Assembly (NCBI RefSeq): GCF_001194135.2
Contig: NC_069005.1
Coordinates: forward strand, 28,501,947-28,557,459
DNA: 55,513 bases
Reading direction: 5' to 3'
Source of the DNA: Octopus bimaculoides
Lineage: Eukaryota
A program made the translations under genes and the position numbers. Positions 13,120-25,477 of this stretch are shown here, one piece after another; the first letter of the stretch is position 1; each line of letters starts with the position of its first letter. The notes beneath the pieces were generated by a model. That model was not told where the DNA came from, made no database searches, and worked only from the letters and a program-made list of their open reading frames with translations.

Positions 13120-13440
13120 NNNNNNNNNNNNNNNNNNNNNNNNNNNNNNNNNNNNNNNNNNNNNNNNNNNNNNNNNNNNNNNNNNNNNNNNNNNNNNNNN
13201 NNNNNNNNNNNNNNNNNNNNNNNNNNNNNNNNNNNNNNNNNNNNNNNNNNNNNNNNNNNNNNNNNNNNNNNNNNNNNNNNNNNNNNNNNNNNNNNNNNNN
13301 NNNNNNNNNNNNNNNNNNTGAACTACGATGAAAAAAAATATGAAAAAGTTATGGTATATAATTTCTTTTGTGCAGGGCTTCCTTGAGACATGTAATTTAT
13401 TTTAAAGGTTACACAGGGGTAAAAAGGTTGAGAAACACTG
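12749..13440. mobile_element. hAT (Charlie-like) MITE
   Basis: Perfect 14-bp TIRs CAGTGTTTCTCAAC / GTTGAGAAACACTG, flanked by a near-identical 8-bp TSD (ctatacac / ctctacac). Interior contains microsatellites and a gap. Confidence 0.85.
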
Positions 13441-13529
13441 CTCTACACCCTTTAAAAACTTGTGTTTTTATAGCCAAATTTAAAAGGACTAATAAGACAT
13501 CTACCATTGTTTATCACTGATTTATTCAT

Positions 13530-13650
13530 CAGTGGTCGCAGATAATGCGAGGGTTGGACAGTTTGACCAGAGCTGGCAAGCTGCGCCAGGTCCCAGTCTG
13601 CTTTGGCTTGGTCCCTACAGCTGGATGCCCTTCCCAACACCAACCACTTG
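13530..13650 (-). mobile_element. Family C fragment
   Basis: GGGTTGGACAGTTTGACC…CTACAGCTGGATGCCCTTCCCAACACCAACCACT matches the other copies. Confidence 0.6.
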
Positions 13651-13696
13651 ACAGTGTGTGTGTATGCGTGTTTGTGCTGAGTACTTCTAATGCGGT

Positions 13697-13842
13697 ACTC
13701 AGTTTTTGTTTACCTAATCCACTCACGAGGCTTTGGTCAGCCCGAGGGTGTTGTAGAAGACACTTGCGCAAGTTGCTATGCAGTGAGACTGAACCAGGAT
13801 CCATTTGGTAGGGAAGCAAGCTTCTTACCACACACCCACGCT
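13697..13842 (-). mobile_element. SINE family A head fragment
   Basis: AATCCACTCACGAGGCTTTGGTCAGCCCGAGG…AAGCAAGCTTCTTACCACAC. Confidence 0.7.
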
Positions 13843-14100
13843 ATGTCGACACTTCAACATATTATTGACTGTTTATTTATTTCTTATCTTTTTTTTTTAA
13901 TCCACTCAGCATCCACTTGTTAACAAGTATTCACTAAATTGATTTCAATTCTACATTACGGAAAATATCTATCATGTTATATTATACACATCGCAAATAA
14001 TAATGATTCAGATAAGGGATGTTAAACGATGATGATGATGATGATGATTAATGCATATGTAGTAAAAAAAAATATTAAAAAAAAAACGAACTGAAAGGCA

Positions 14101-14131
<31 letters not shown>

Positions 14132-14620
14132 TGCACACACACATGCACATATGTGTATAGTTATTTTACAGAGCAGCAAGAAGAGGCAGTCGGATATTAC
14201 ATGTGCATGACAGCATCGCCATGCACAGCAATGCACATTTACTGTCACTGGCCCAGGGTGCAGCAGAATTCCATGAAATGGCTGATGGATGTAAACACGA
14301 TGAGGGGAGGGGGCAAGGGAGGGATAGGGACGAAGTAAAATAAATAAGGTGGGTGGGCGAACCGGAGAGGGAAACATTCACAGGGACAGTTGAGAACATG
14401 ATGACGATGATGCAGTAGATGAGGGTTGTGTGTGGGCTGGGGAGAGGGGGTGGAGGTGAGTCATATTTTCAGTAGTGGAGATGGTGGTGATGATGGAGCT
14501 GATAGTGATGGTGGTGGTGCTGATAGTGAAAGTAGGTGGTGATGATGGTAGTGGTTTGGGAGGTGGGGATCAGTAAGGGTTAATAGTAATGGACATTACT
14601 GTTTTCCTCTGCTCCTCTCT

Positions 14621-14652
<32 letters not shown>

Positions 14653-15394
14653 GTGGAAGTAGTTGAGAGTAGNNNNNNNNNNNNNNNNNNNNNNNNNNNN
14701 NNNNNNNNNNNNNNNNNNNNNNNNNNNNNNNNNNNNNNNNNNNNNNNNNNNNNNNNNNNNNNNNNNNNNNNNNNNNNNNNNNNNNNNNNNNNNNNNNNNN
14801 NNNNNNNNNNNNNNNNNNNNNNNNNNNNNNNNNNNNNNNNNNNNNNNNNNNNNNNNNNNNNNNNNNNNNNNNNNNNNNNNNNNNNNNNNNNNNNNNNNNN
14901 NNNNNNNNNNNNNNNNNNNNNNNNNNNNNNNNNNNNNNNNNNNNNNNNNNNNNNNNNNNNNNNNNNNNNNNNNNNNNNNNNNNNNNNNNNNNNNNNNNNN
15001 NNNNNNNNNNNNNNNNNNNNNNNNNNNNNNNNNNNNNNNNNNNNNNNNNNNNNNNNNNNNNNNNNNNNNNNNNNNNNNNNNNNNNNNNNNNNNNNNNNNN
15101 NNNGAAACAATCATTGTGACTCACATAACCAAGAAATGTTTAATTGATTAGTCAAGTAGAATACCATTATAGCTATTTACACTGCCCCACACCACCGTCT
15201 CTCTTTCTCTCTCTCTCTCTCTCACACACACACACTGAGTCTCATCTTCCTCTAATATAAAGATGAAGACAGAGAAAGTAAACAGAAATTGCACAATGTC
15301 TGTCTGTTTGTCTGTGTCTCGATCAACATGAATCACGTCTATACTAATACCAAAACACATTCATACAACTCTGTGTAATCATTTTCGTGTCTGT

Positions 15395-15600
15395 TCTGCC
15401 AAGCTTGCACGGAATGGACAGGTCTTCCCTAGCACAACATCTCCCACTTGTTGCCTTCCTTTGTTATCTCATTCGTCAGGTTCAACATCCTGAGACCAGC
15501 TCTCTCTTTCACCAATTTCTACCCACGCCTTCTTTGATCTTCTCCATTCATTAGTTCTATCCACTCCCAGCTTTCCATTATCCAGGTCTTATGAGTCCAA
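15395..15600 (-). mobile_element. Degenerate 3' end of an RTE-clade LINE
   Basis: With one frameshift, the minus strand gives RRSKKAWVE/LVKE..LRMLNLTNEITKEGNKW, resembling the RTE C-terminal GRPRKTW.EVVK.DL..L.LT..MT.DR..W. It is followed by AAGACCTGTCCATTCCGTGCAAGCTTGG, similar to the tail of the family-C elements. Confidence 0.5.
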
Positions 15601-16336
15601 GGGCTAAAGGAAAATGGAAAAGCATTCAGCAGCACATACCCACCTTCTTTCCACTCCAGCCCTTAACACATCCCCTATATTCAATGCCTGTGTTACTCAA
15701 CCACGCAGCATCGCACATCACACACTTCAAACACCAAAAAAGCTGCCCCTTCACTCAGAGAAAGAATCCTTTTGTTGCTAGTCAAGGTTACAGCTTCCTG
15801 AAAGACCTTTCTATCTGTCAGCACCACTCTATCCTTACCCCCTGGCTAATATACTACAAGAACACCCATTTCCACTGCTTATCAGGTCACCCATGGCAGG
15901 TGGTGGTGGTGGGTGGGGCGGCTTTTCTAAACACTTGAAAGGAATTTTATTTTCACAGGTGCTCTGACTGCTAACCACCTACTCCTGTCCATCTTTTACA
16001 GACCAAGTCTTTTCTTCTCAGCCAATCTCATTATATAACATCACTCCACACACTGTCCCCTATCTTGCTCCCTCTAACCGCCATCATCAACAATACCCAG
16101 GGTCTTTTAAGTAGCAATATCGTCCTTCCACCACTAGTATGTGTAATCTTAACACCCTGCTAAGGTTATTTCGGCACTCATTTACTTATTGTCTCTCATC
16201 CCTGTGAAGGAAATTGAGGTAACCTGAGAACTGTCAAAAGTGACGGAGAGATGTAACCAAAAGCCAATATCTCTTCGTCGTAAACTCTGTAAAGATTATT
16301 TATTCCGATATCAGTGGAATTTAGCTTTTTATTATG

Positions 16337-16778
16337 TTACTTGTTTCAGTCATTTGACTGCGGCCTTGCTGGAGCACCGCCTCAAAGGCTGTTTATAGTT
16401 GAAGAAATTGACCCCTAGGACTTATTCTTTATAAGCCTAGTACTTATTCTATCAGACTCTTTTGGCGAACCATTAAGCTATGGGGATGTAAACACATCAA
16501 CATCGCTTGTCAAGCAGTGATGAGGGGAGACAGACACAAAGACATGTACACATAAATATATACATACATATATGTCTGTGTGTGTATGTGTATATATATA
16601 TATATACATACAATGAGGTTCTTTCAGTTTCCATCTACCAAATCCATTCACAAGGCTTTGGTCAGCTCTAGACTAGAGTAGAAGACACTTGGCCAAGGTG
16701 CCAGGTAGTGGGACTGAACCAAGAACCATGTGGTCAGGAAGCAAGCTTCTTACCACACTCCATCCTTACCCCTGCGCC
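16337..16778 (-). mobile_element. SINE family A (tRNA-like head, CORE-like CCTTGGCCAAGTGTCTTC segment, central microsatellite), full length
   Basis: Minus-strand head with a Pol III B-box-like GGTTCAGTCCC, central (CA/TA)n and tail …GACTGAAACAAGTAA. More than 10 related copies occur in the window. Confidence 0.8.
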
Positions 16779-17212
16779 TTGTTCAGGTTCACAAAAGAAC
16801 TCTCTGAGAGAACAGGTTTCAGTGGCTGAAAACATGTCAAACTGTGCAAAACATTAGCGAAGGACACCTCGATGTTTCCCCTCAATAAATATACCTGAAG
16901 CAAAATTCTTTCATGGATCCCTAAAATACCAGCTGTGGACACCCAGTTTACTACTTTGCTTGCATGAATCCCCAGGGGTCATATGTACCCTGGTTGAGAA
17001 CCTCTGGGCCAAACAAAAACATCTAAGATGCTCTCGGCTTCGAGACAACAGATTCCACATGCTTTCACACTCACAACTTAAGCAATCCAACCGCTGCCCT
17101 TCTTTCCTGTCTGCTCTTCTCTTATTAATTTCCTTTTTTATTGTAATTTATATAATTATAGGGAAATAAATAATAGAAAATCAAATAATTATAATGAGTG
17201 ATAATAATGCTA

Positions 17213-17385
17213 ACTGGTTCTAATTTAGATACATGGCCATCAATTTTGAGGGGAGGGGGATGAGTCAATTACATTGACACTAGCACGTAACTGGTACTTT
17301 ATGAACCCTAGAGAAATGGAACTGAAAGCTGACCTCGACAGGATTTGAACTCAGAATATGAAGAGCAGGAAGAAATACTGCTTAA
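17213..17385 (-). mobile_element. SINE family B, degenerate
   Basis: GTAACTGGTACTT…GACCTCGACAGGATTTGAACTCAGAA. Confidence 0.6.
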
Positions 17386-17454
17386 TATTGGTTTTGAGTT
17401 TTTTTGCAACTACCAAAGTGACTGAAGACTTATGAAACAAAAGCACTCAGTCTG

Positions 17455-17612
17455 ATGTGTAAGGGGGGGGGGTCGGTATTAAGGAGGGCATCCATCAGTA
17501 AAAGCCATGTCGAAACAGACAGTGAAGCCTGGTACAGACTTCTGATGTGCCAGCCCATCAAACTGTCCAAACCATGCCAGCATGGAAAACTGACATTAAA
17601 TGGTGATGATGA
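17455..17612 (+). mobile_element. Family C 3' fragment
   Basis: …AAGGAGGGCATCC…CTGTCCAAACCATGCCAGCATGGAAAACTGACATTAAATGGTGATGATGAT tail. Confidence 0.65.
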
Positions 17613-18170
17613 TATATAAAATGAGGGCTAATTAGAAGTGGGGAAAACGAGCATAGATGTTAGTGCTTTGGACAGGCAAAGGGTTAAAATGATGTACAGC
17701 TGACCCGTACCAACCTGTTGTATTTGACTGGTACTTTATTTCGTTGACATACCACCCAAAACCCCCCCGCCCCTGTCCCAACCCCTGGAAAGATAAAAGA
17801 CAGGAACTCGGAATTGTGAAGTCCCAATCTAAAAATACTACAAGGAATATCATTTGACACTAATAATTCTCTGAACCCATTGACCTCATGATGATGACAG
17901 TGGTGGTGATGATGATGATGACAGTGGTGGTGATGATGATGATGATGACAGTGGTGGTGATGATGATGATAATAGTGATGAGAACGGCGGTGGTGATAAC
18001 AGTTATGATGATGATGATAATAGGTACAGTAGATTATTGTAATTACATTAGTAACAATAATTATAATTTTTAACGATTCCCAATATTTGGTTGCTGCTAA
18101 ATTTAAATCAATTCTGGGAAACAAAGTAAAGAGAAGTTAAATCCACCAAAATTTTTACCAATAACAAGAA

Positions 18171-18565
18171 TACTTTTATTTTTATTTTTCCAGGCATTAG
18201 ACTGTGGCCATAATGGAGCACGACCTTGAAAAGTTCAGTCAAACAAACCAAGTCCAGTACTTTTCGCTTTTGTTCTTTTTTTTTTCTCAAGTCTGGTACT
18301 TATTCTAGCAGTTTCTTCTTTTCTTTTTGGCGAACAGCTGAAGATACAGAGATGTCAATAAACCAACACAAGTTGCAAAGCAGTGCTGGAGGTGGAGAGA
18401 ACAAATACACACACACACACACACACTTTCCATCAACCAAATTCACTTGCAAGGCACTGGTTGGCCTAAGACTGTCATAGACATTTGGCCAAAGTGCTGC
18501 ACAGTGAGACTGAACCCAAAACCATGTGGTTAGGGAGCAAGCTTCTTAACCGCACAGCCATACCT
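18171..18565 (-). mobile_element. SINE family A, diverged full-length copy
   Basis: Colinear with the 16337 copy. Confidence 0.7.
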
Positions 18566-18601
18566 AATAATGATGACATTATTATTATTAGCTGAATAAA
18601 G

Positions 18602-19236
18602 TTGTGAGCTGGCAGAACTGTTACTATGCTGGACGAAATGCTTAGTGGTATTTCGCCCATCGCTACAGTCTGAGTTCAAATTCCACCAAGGTCGACATTG
18701 CCTTTCATCCTTTCGGGAGTCAATGAAATAAGTACCAGTTATGCACTGGGGTCGATGAAATCGACAATCCCCCTCCCCCAAATTTCAGGCCTTGTGCTTA
18801 TAGTAGAAAAGATTACTAATATTCTAAGTTCAAAATCTGCAGAGGTTGACACTACCTTTCATCCTTTTGGGGTCGATAAATTAAGTACCAGTTGAACACT
18901 GGGGTTGATGTAATTTATTTAATCTCTTTGTCTGTCCTTGTTTGTCCCCCTCTATGTTTAGCCCCCTGAGGGCAATAAAGAAATAAATATTATTATTATA
19001 ATTATTATTATTATTATTATTAAGGCAGTGAGCTGGCAGAATCCTTAGCACACCAGACAAAACACTTAACAATATTTCGCCCATCCTTACATTTGGAGTT
19101 CAAATTCCACCGGGGTCAATTTTGGCTTTTATCCTTTTGGAGTCAATGAAATAAGTACCAGGTGCACACTGGGGTCAATGTAATCAAGTAGCCCCTCTCC
19201 CTCAAAGTTTCAGACCTTGTGCCTATAGTAGAAACA
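18602..19236 (+). mobile_element. Cluster of three head-to-tail SINE family B copies (18602-18808, 18822-18987, 19022-19236)
   Basis: Three repeats of GAGTTCAAAT…TTTCATCCTTT.GG.GTC.AT.AA.TAAGTACCAG. Confidence 0.75.
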
Positions 19237-20064
19237 TTATCATCATCACCATAATCATTAGTAGTGGTGGTGGTGGTGGTGGTAGTATGGTCTACATCTT
19301 GAATCAAAGAAATCTCTTGGAGCAGGTGGTAAGTCTTAACTTTAGCAGGGCAGAAACAGAAGCAAAGGAAATGCTGATAAAGAATCTTAGACTTTCTCGT
19401 TTATTTTTTTTCGTTTTAATTCCAATTTTGTGATTATTCTGTTCTGTCAGCACTATTAAGAGAGATATTTTGAAATTTGAGTTGGNNNNNNNNNNNNNNN
19501 NNNNNNNNNNNNNNNNNNNNNNNNNNNNNNNNNNNNNNNNNNNNNNNNNNNNNNNNNNNNNNNNNNNNNNNNNNNNNNNNNNNNNNNNNNNNNNNNNNNN
19601 NNNNNNNNNNNNNNNNNNNNNNNNNNNNNNNNNNNNNNNNNNNNNNNNNNNNNNNNNNNNNNNNNNNNNNNNNNNNNNNNNGTGTGTGTGTGTCCATCTG
19701 AGTAAAACGTGACATGACGATTCAGCACAGGGTATCTTGTTGAACTCAGGTAGAGGTTATGTTTGGGATGATGAAAAAATAAGGAAAAATTCCAATTATT
19801 TATTTAAAAATGAGTAAAGATATAAAACATACAAAAAGAATTACATATATTACATGCGCTGAATTGTCAGTACTCCGAGTAAAACAGGAATCAAAGAGGT
19901 CCATAGGTAAAAAAAAAAAATGGTTGAGAAACACAGCCATGACCTTTCAAACCGATGAAGGAGCTTCAATGTGGTTGTTTGACCTGCTGGAAATAGTTGT
20001 TACATGTTCCTCGCATTACATCTTACTGTTGTGACGAGATTAGTATTACTGTAATGTAATATGG

Positions 20065-20410
20065 CACAAGGACTCCCCCGCCACCAACAGGACCCAAAGG
20101 ACTCCTTGCAGCTGCCATCAGGGGCCACAGGTATTCTCCGCCACCACCACTAGGAACCAAAGGGATTCTCTGCTGTCACCTGGGACCACAGGAACTCCCC
20201 ACCATCACCAGGGGCTGCAGGGAGTCTCCGCCATCACCAGGGGCCGCAGGGACTCCCTGCTATCATCAGGGGCCACAGGGACTCCCTGCTATCACCAGGG
20301 GCCACAGGGAGTCCCCGCCATCACCAGGGTCCACAAGGACTCCCCACCAACACCCTCAGAGGCCACAGGACTCCTCACCATCCCAGACTCTGCAGAGATT
20401 CTCCACTATC
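20065..20410. repeat. GC-rich minisatellite, unit about 29 bp (GGGACTCCCCGCCATCACCAGGGGCCACA), about 11 degenerate copies
   Basis: Direct inspection. Confidence 0.8.
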
Positions 20411-20504
20411 CTACACTACTATAACTGACCCAACTGGCTACATTAAGTACGGCCAGACGTTAATAATCAATAGCAGATCAATCCACTGATCAATGCCAAT
20501 AAGT

Positions 20505-20850
20505 GAGCCTATCAGCTGCTGTTCGATCTGCTCCTAGAAACAGCAACCAAATCACTTTCTATATTAAACATTGTAAACAGAAACAATATTATCCTGGATA
20601 CAGTGTGTAAATATGGATGGGATGGTCGCAATTAGAATGTCTTTTCGTAAGTATGCTTCAATAAAGCTGACCTGAAGCTAAACAAGTGACTCCCACCACA
20701 ACCACCAGCAATTGTCTACTAGGACTCTTCTGCTGCTAGAAACACCAACCAAATCACTTTCTATATTAAACATTGTACAAGGAAATGTTCTGATGTAGTC
20801 CTGGATACAGTGTGTGAATATTGATGGGATGGTCGCAGTCGGAATGTCTG
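20505..20850 (+). repeat. Tandemly duplicated (about 200 bp) fragment of a dispersed repeat family
   Basis: CTAGAAACA.CAACCAAATCACTTTCTATATTAAACATTGTA…CCTGGATACAGTGTGT…GATGGGATGGTCGCA occurs twice. The CTGCTAGAAATAGCAGC.AAATC motif recurs at about 19970, 46320 (-), 53860 and 54330 (-). Confidence 0.6.
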
Positions 20851-21301
20851 TGACTCCCACCACACCAACCACCAATTGTCTACAAGGACTCTTCTTGTCT
20901 ACCCTTTAGCAAGTTGCCTTTAAATGCAGAGTCCATATATTTTCAACTCTGTGATTAGAAACAAATAAAAACAAGCGACCAACACCACTGATTATTCAGA
21001 GAGAGAGAGAGAGAGGAATGTGTCTGAGACAGAAGAGTTGTTGAGACATTCATGCCTTTTTTTCTAATAGCATTACCAAGGTGTCAAAATGAGGCCACAG
21101 ACTAACACACCATTCCTTCAACCACCAGTAAACTGAAGTAAGAGCTTACAGACTCCACACCCCACCTCCTTAGCAGTGCTAACCGCCTGAAATATACTTA
21201 ATCCTAAATCTCTTAAAACTGAGATTAATTAACTTGGCTAATTACTAACAGCACTTGTTGCCCTCCATACAACAACCAATCCAGGATATAAACATAATAA
21301 T

Positions 21302-21684
21302 AACAAGAGCACTCAGAGAGTGCAAACCTCCGCCAAGGCAACATCAATATCCTCTCAACGATCAACTAGAGATGGTTTTTAAAATGAGAATATCTGAAAT
21401 AAACTCCACTGCTCTCACAAATGAGAATACTAAAAATGAACCCGACTGCTCTCAAAAATTAAGTTAAAAAATCCAGAAAAATAATCCAGAATCCTTCTCC
21501 AATACCGGATTGATCTCAAAATCTAATCAGTTCGTGCCAGTCATGAGGCCAAACATCCCTGAAAGTTTCATCTGAATCCATCCAGCGGTTCTTGAGATAT
21601 CTTGTCCATGGACAAACAAACAAACAGANNNNNNNNNNAACAAACAGAACTGAAAACAATACCTCTGCCTTTGCTAAAGGCAGA

Positions 21685-21690
<6 letters not shown>
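21302..21690 (+). mobile_element. Non-autonomous Helentron/DINE-1-like (HINE-like) element, copy 1
   Basis: 5' subterminal ACCTCCGCC; 3' perfect 12-bp hairpin ACCTCTGCCTTT-gct-AAAGGCAGAGGT; (AAAC)n near the 3' end; embedded in (TAA)n. A second copy lies at 37231. Confidence 0.55.
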
Positions 21691-21721
<31 letters not shown>

Positions 21722-21724
<3 letters not shown>

Positions 21725-22048
21725 GTTTCAAATTTGGCACAAGGCCAGCAATTTCAGGGGAGTGAGTAAATCAATTACATTGACCCCAGTGTTCAATTGG
21801 TACTTATTTTATCAACCCCGAAATGCCACTAACCAGTTTTTCTGATACACTAATGATTCTGCCAGCTCACCACCTTAATAACAATAATAATAATAATAAT
21901 CCTTTCTACTAAAGGCNNNNNNNNNNGGCACAAGGCCTGAAATTTTGGGGGAGGGGACTAGACGATTACATCAACCCCAGTGTGTTACTGGTACTTAATT
22001 TATCAATCACAAAAGGATGAGAGGCAAAGTCAACCTCGGCAGAATTCG
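21722..22048 (-). mobile_element. Two SINE family B 3' fragments (21722-21822, 21898-22048)
   Basis: GGCACAAGGCC…GACCCCAGTG…CTGGTACTT.ATTT.ATCAAC. Confidence 0.6.
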
Positions 22049-22564
22049 ACATTAATAATAATAATATGGTTGAGATGCATCTGGTGCACCCCCATCAGAT
22101 GGGTAGATATGATATGTATACTGGGCTTCGCATATTTGTACCCCAGTGTCACTTTTATAGCATGCATTGCTCTCTCAGTCAATAATAATAATAATATCTT
22201 GGTATAAAAGATGGGCTTCAGCAAATATTCTGCTCAATACCACAGATTTGCTTGTCAGTTGTTTGAGCTTAACCAGTTGATTATGTCCCTTGGTGGCTGA
22301 CGATGTGTGTGTCTCTGATCATGAGCAGAAGTAGTGGGGGAGCATCATAGCCATGTGTTGAGAGGAATTCTTTGGGGTTTGGATAATACACCTCTGGAAA
22401 CATGGGTGTTTCATTCAACATCCTTAAACAACCCTTATTCAGGGACCTTTTGAGTGGGATGGGCTACTCGGCCTGAAGAAAATTCTAACTGGGCCCCACC
22501 TGCAAGATCATGTGTTGTTTATCTTGATATGAAGTTTGTGAGTGCATGTGTGTGCATGTTAACA

Positions 22565-22775
22565 CTTGTTACCCCCACACAAACACCTAGCAACTGGTAT
22601 TGGTTTGTTTACATCCCTATACCTTAGCAGAGAAAAAAAGAAACCAATAAAATAAATACCAGACATAAAAAAAAAAGCATTAAGTACAGGGGTCAATTAT
22701 TTTTTTTCAACTAAACCTTTTGAGGCAGTGCCCCAGCATGGCAGCAGTCCAATGACTGAAACAAAGCAAACAGAA
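22565..22775 (+). mobile_element. SINE family A 3' half, about 25 bp from the GIT exon donor
   Basis: Tail GCAGTGCCCCAGCATGGCAGCAGTCCAATGACTGAAAC matches the other copies. Confidence 0.65.
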
Positions 22776-22803
22776 AAATATGATAAAAAAAAGGTGTACT
22801 TAC

Positions 22804-22861
22804 CAGGGGCCGAGCAATCGGCACAGACCTCCGCTGTGATTCTAATATTTCCTCTGGACAT
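22804..22861 (-). CDS. GIT: First coding exon of ARF GTPase-activating protein GIT (GIT1/GIT2 orthologue); start of the ArfGAP zinc finger
   Basis: Reverse complement reads ATG TCC AGA GGA AAT ATT AGA ATC ACA GCG GAG GTC TGT GCC GAT TGC TCG GCC CCT G|gtaagt = MSRGNIRITAEVCADCSAP plus a phase-1 donor. This matches the recalled human GIT1 start MSRKGPRAEVCADCSAPD. An in-frame TAA lies 12 nt upstream of the ATG, so this ATG is the start. Too short to appear in the ORF track. Confidence 0.93.
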
Positions 22862-24526
22862 GTGAGGGTATTATTAAACTTTATCTCCAGGATTTATTTT
22901 TAAGAAAAATTGATTATAAATACTACTACTATTACTTGCTAATATTAATAGTAATAATAATAATAATAACAACTTATTATTATTATTATTATTACTATAG
23001 TATCAACTTAATCCTCGCAGGGCAAAGCTGAATGAATTGCCAGTGGTACCAGTTTGTGCTTGAAACGGCTGTAAGGGCCGAGGAAGAGGCAGAAAAATTA
23101 AACAACTGCCACCACTAATCACCTACGATGGCTCCAGTTTTGTCAGCCATGCCAAGCTGGAGCAAGCTTCTTGTGGTTGCAACTGTTATTGTTGCTGTTA
23201 TTTTGTTGTTGTTATTAATATTATTATTAATATTCTTATTATTATCGATGTGGCAGCTGGTCGGTTTGTTTGTCCTTCTTTCTTTCTTCACATGGCTGAG
23301 GTTTCTGTTGCTGTAGCGACCAAAGAGCGTCAATGATGATGCCGATGATGATGGTGGTGATGGTGATGACGACGACGACGACAACTATTCTCTGGTATTA
23401 ATTATTGTTGTTGCTTCTGTTCTGATTGACCTACCATCAGATAAATAGCTTCAGAGAAAAAAAACTATTATTTTTGTTTTTATTCCACTTCCTCTTGTCT
23501 CCAATCAATTTTTTTTTTTGACTAAATGATTTTATTTATTTATTTATTCTGTAATTTTTTTTTTGTGAATTCCTCGTCCTGTTCTTTTTAATATCTTTTC
23601 TTCCTTTTCTTCTTCACGTTTACTTTCCTTTTTAGAGGTGGGACAGGCAAGGTGGAGCAAGAGTGATGCTGTTGTTGTTGTCGTTGACAATCTCACTGCT
23701 TAAGATATTGTTGTTGTTATTTATTGTTCTAATAACAGCACAGAAAGCCGGCTGGCTGCTCAGTTTACCAAATTCTATTATTATTATTATTATTATTTTT
23801 TTAAAGCAAGACAGGTCCAGTTTAATCCAAACAAGCAGAACGAGAGAGAGAGAGAGAACGAGAACACAGGTCAGAAAAATCAATAATTGAATTAGTTATG
23901 TGATGACGTTAACAACATCAACAATAACTTCATAGGTTCTGCTCAGGACAAACGGGAAAAAGATAAGAAAGAGTTGGACAACGACAGGAGAATAAGTTAG
24001 GGAACAAAAAGAAACCCTTTCTCAAAAATGGATCAGCTGGGTCCTTTTATCACTCAGAAATACCCAAATATTTGTTAAGATTCGTGACAGGGTCAGGTCT
24101 TAGTCTGGGGGGATATTTAGGGTCTAGAGGGTCGTGATAGAGAGACTTCTTGCATCAAGACTTACAAATTACACAAACAGCAGCATTAATTAACACTGTT
24201 GCAGCTGCTGCTGCTGCTGCCAGTGATGATGGTGGTGGTGGTGGTGGTGGTGAAGGCCTGAGTAGAAAAGGCCTTTTGAGATTATTGTAGATTTTAGGGG
24301 GGGGGTTATCTATTTTTTTTGGGGGGGGTCTTACATTTTTGTTGGTTAGCTGATGGTGGTGGTGGGGGTTAAGTTAATTCTTATTCTTATCTGTCCCTTT
24401 AATCTGGTCCTGATTCAAGTTCTTGCCTGATTGCTCCACCTTTATTCTTTATACGCACACACGTGCTCAAACATTAATCTTCCACAGAAACAGGTATATA
24501 TATATAAAGAGAAAGATTACTCCAAA

Positions 24527-24561
<35 letters not shown>

Positions 24562-24722
24562 TTGATGTTGTTGTTTACAACAGTAAATGGCTGACGCTGA
24601 TGATGACGATGATGATGATGACGACGATGATGGTAGTGGTTGTGGTGTGAGGCGGATGCTGCTCTTGGTTATTGATGCTTGCAGTGGGTCCTCTTATCTG
24701 CTACATACACTAATGGCAACTG

Positions 24723-24754
<32 letters not shown>

Positions 24755-24813
24755 AACACATTAAAACATGATAAACAAGAGAGAGAGAGAGGGGAAAGAT
24801 AGAGAGAGACAGA

Positions 24814-24845
<32 letters not shown>

Positions 24846-25199
24846 ACAGAGTAAACACTGAAACGATCAAATCTTAATGGTAGGCTCTGTAGGAATAGTA
24901 GTAATAACAGTAGTAGTAGTAGTAATGCTAACTAATTGACAAACAACAAAACATGTATTGAATGCGTTCTCTTAAATATAGAGACTGTGTATTGAATGTG
25001 TTTTCATACACAGACACAGACACACACACAATGTCCTGTAACAGAACAATCAACGTTAATGCAGTATAAAAGAGGATTTTATGTGCGGGACACCAGATAT
25101 ATGTGGACGTGTGTGCGTATGTGTGTGTGTGTGTATTCATTTGTGCATGTAAATACAAAAACAAATAGGTGAACGTATGTATGTGTGTGTGTGTGTGTG

Positions 25200-25269
<70 letters not shown>

Positions 25270-25289
25270 GTATATAAGTGTATACATGT

Positions 25290-25351
<62 letters not shown>

Positions 25352-25363
25352 TTAAGTATCTTT

Positions 25364-25462
<99 letters not shown>

Positions 25463-25477
25463 TACACACATATTCAT

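Noticed and set aside
14166-14399. Minus ORF containing SAAPWASDSKC, superficially like GIT exon 2 (PDPxWAS)
   Set aside because: Lacks CDECC and HRSLGRH; ends in a stop with no donor.
22060-22530. Suspected additional dispersed repeat that I recall from octopus sequence
   Set aside because: Single copy in this window with no diagnostic termini or coding signal; cannot be supported without a database search.
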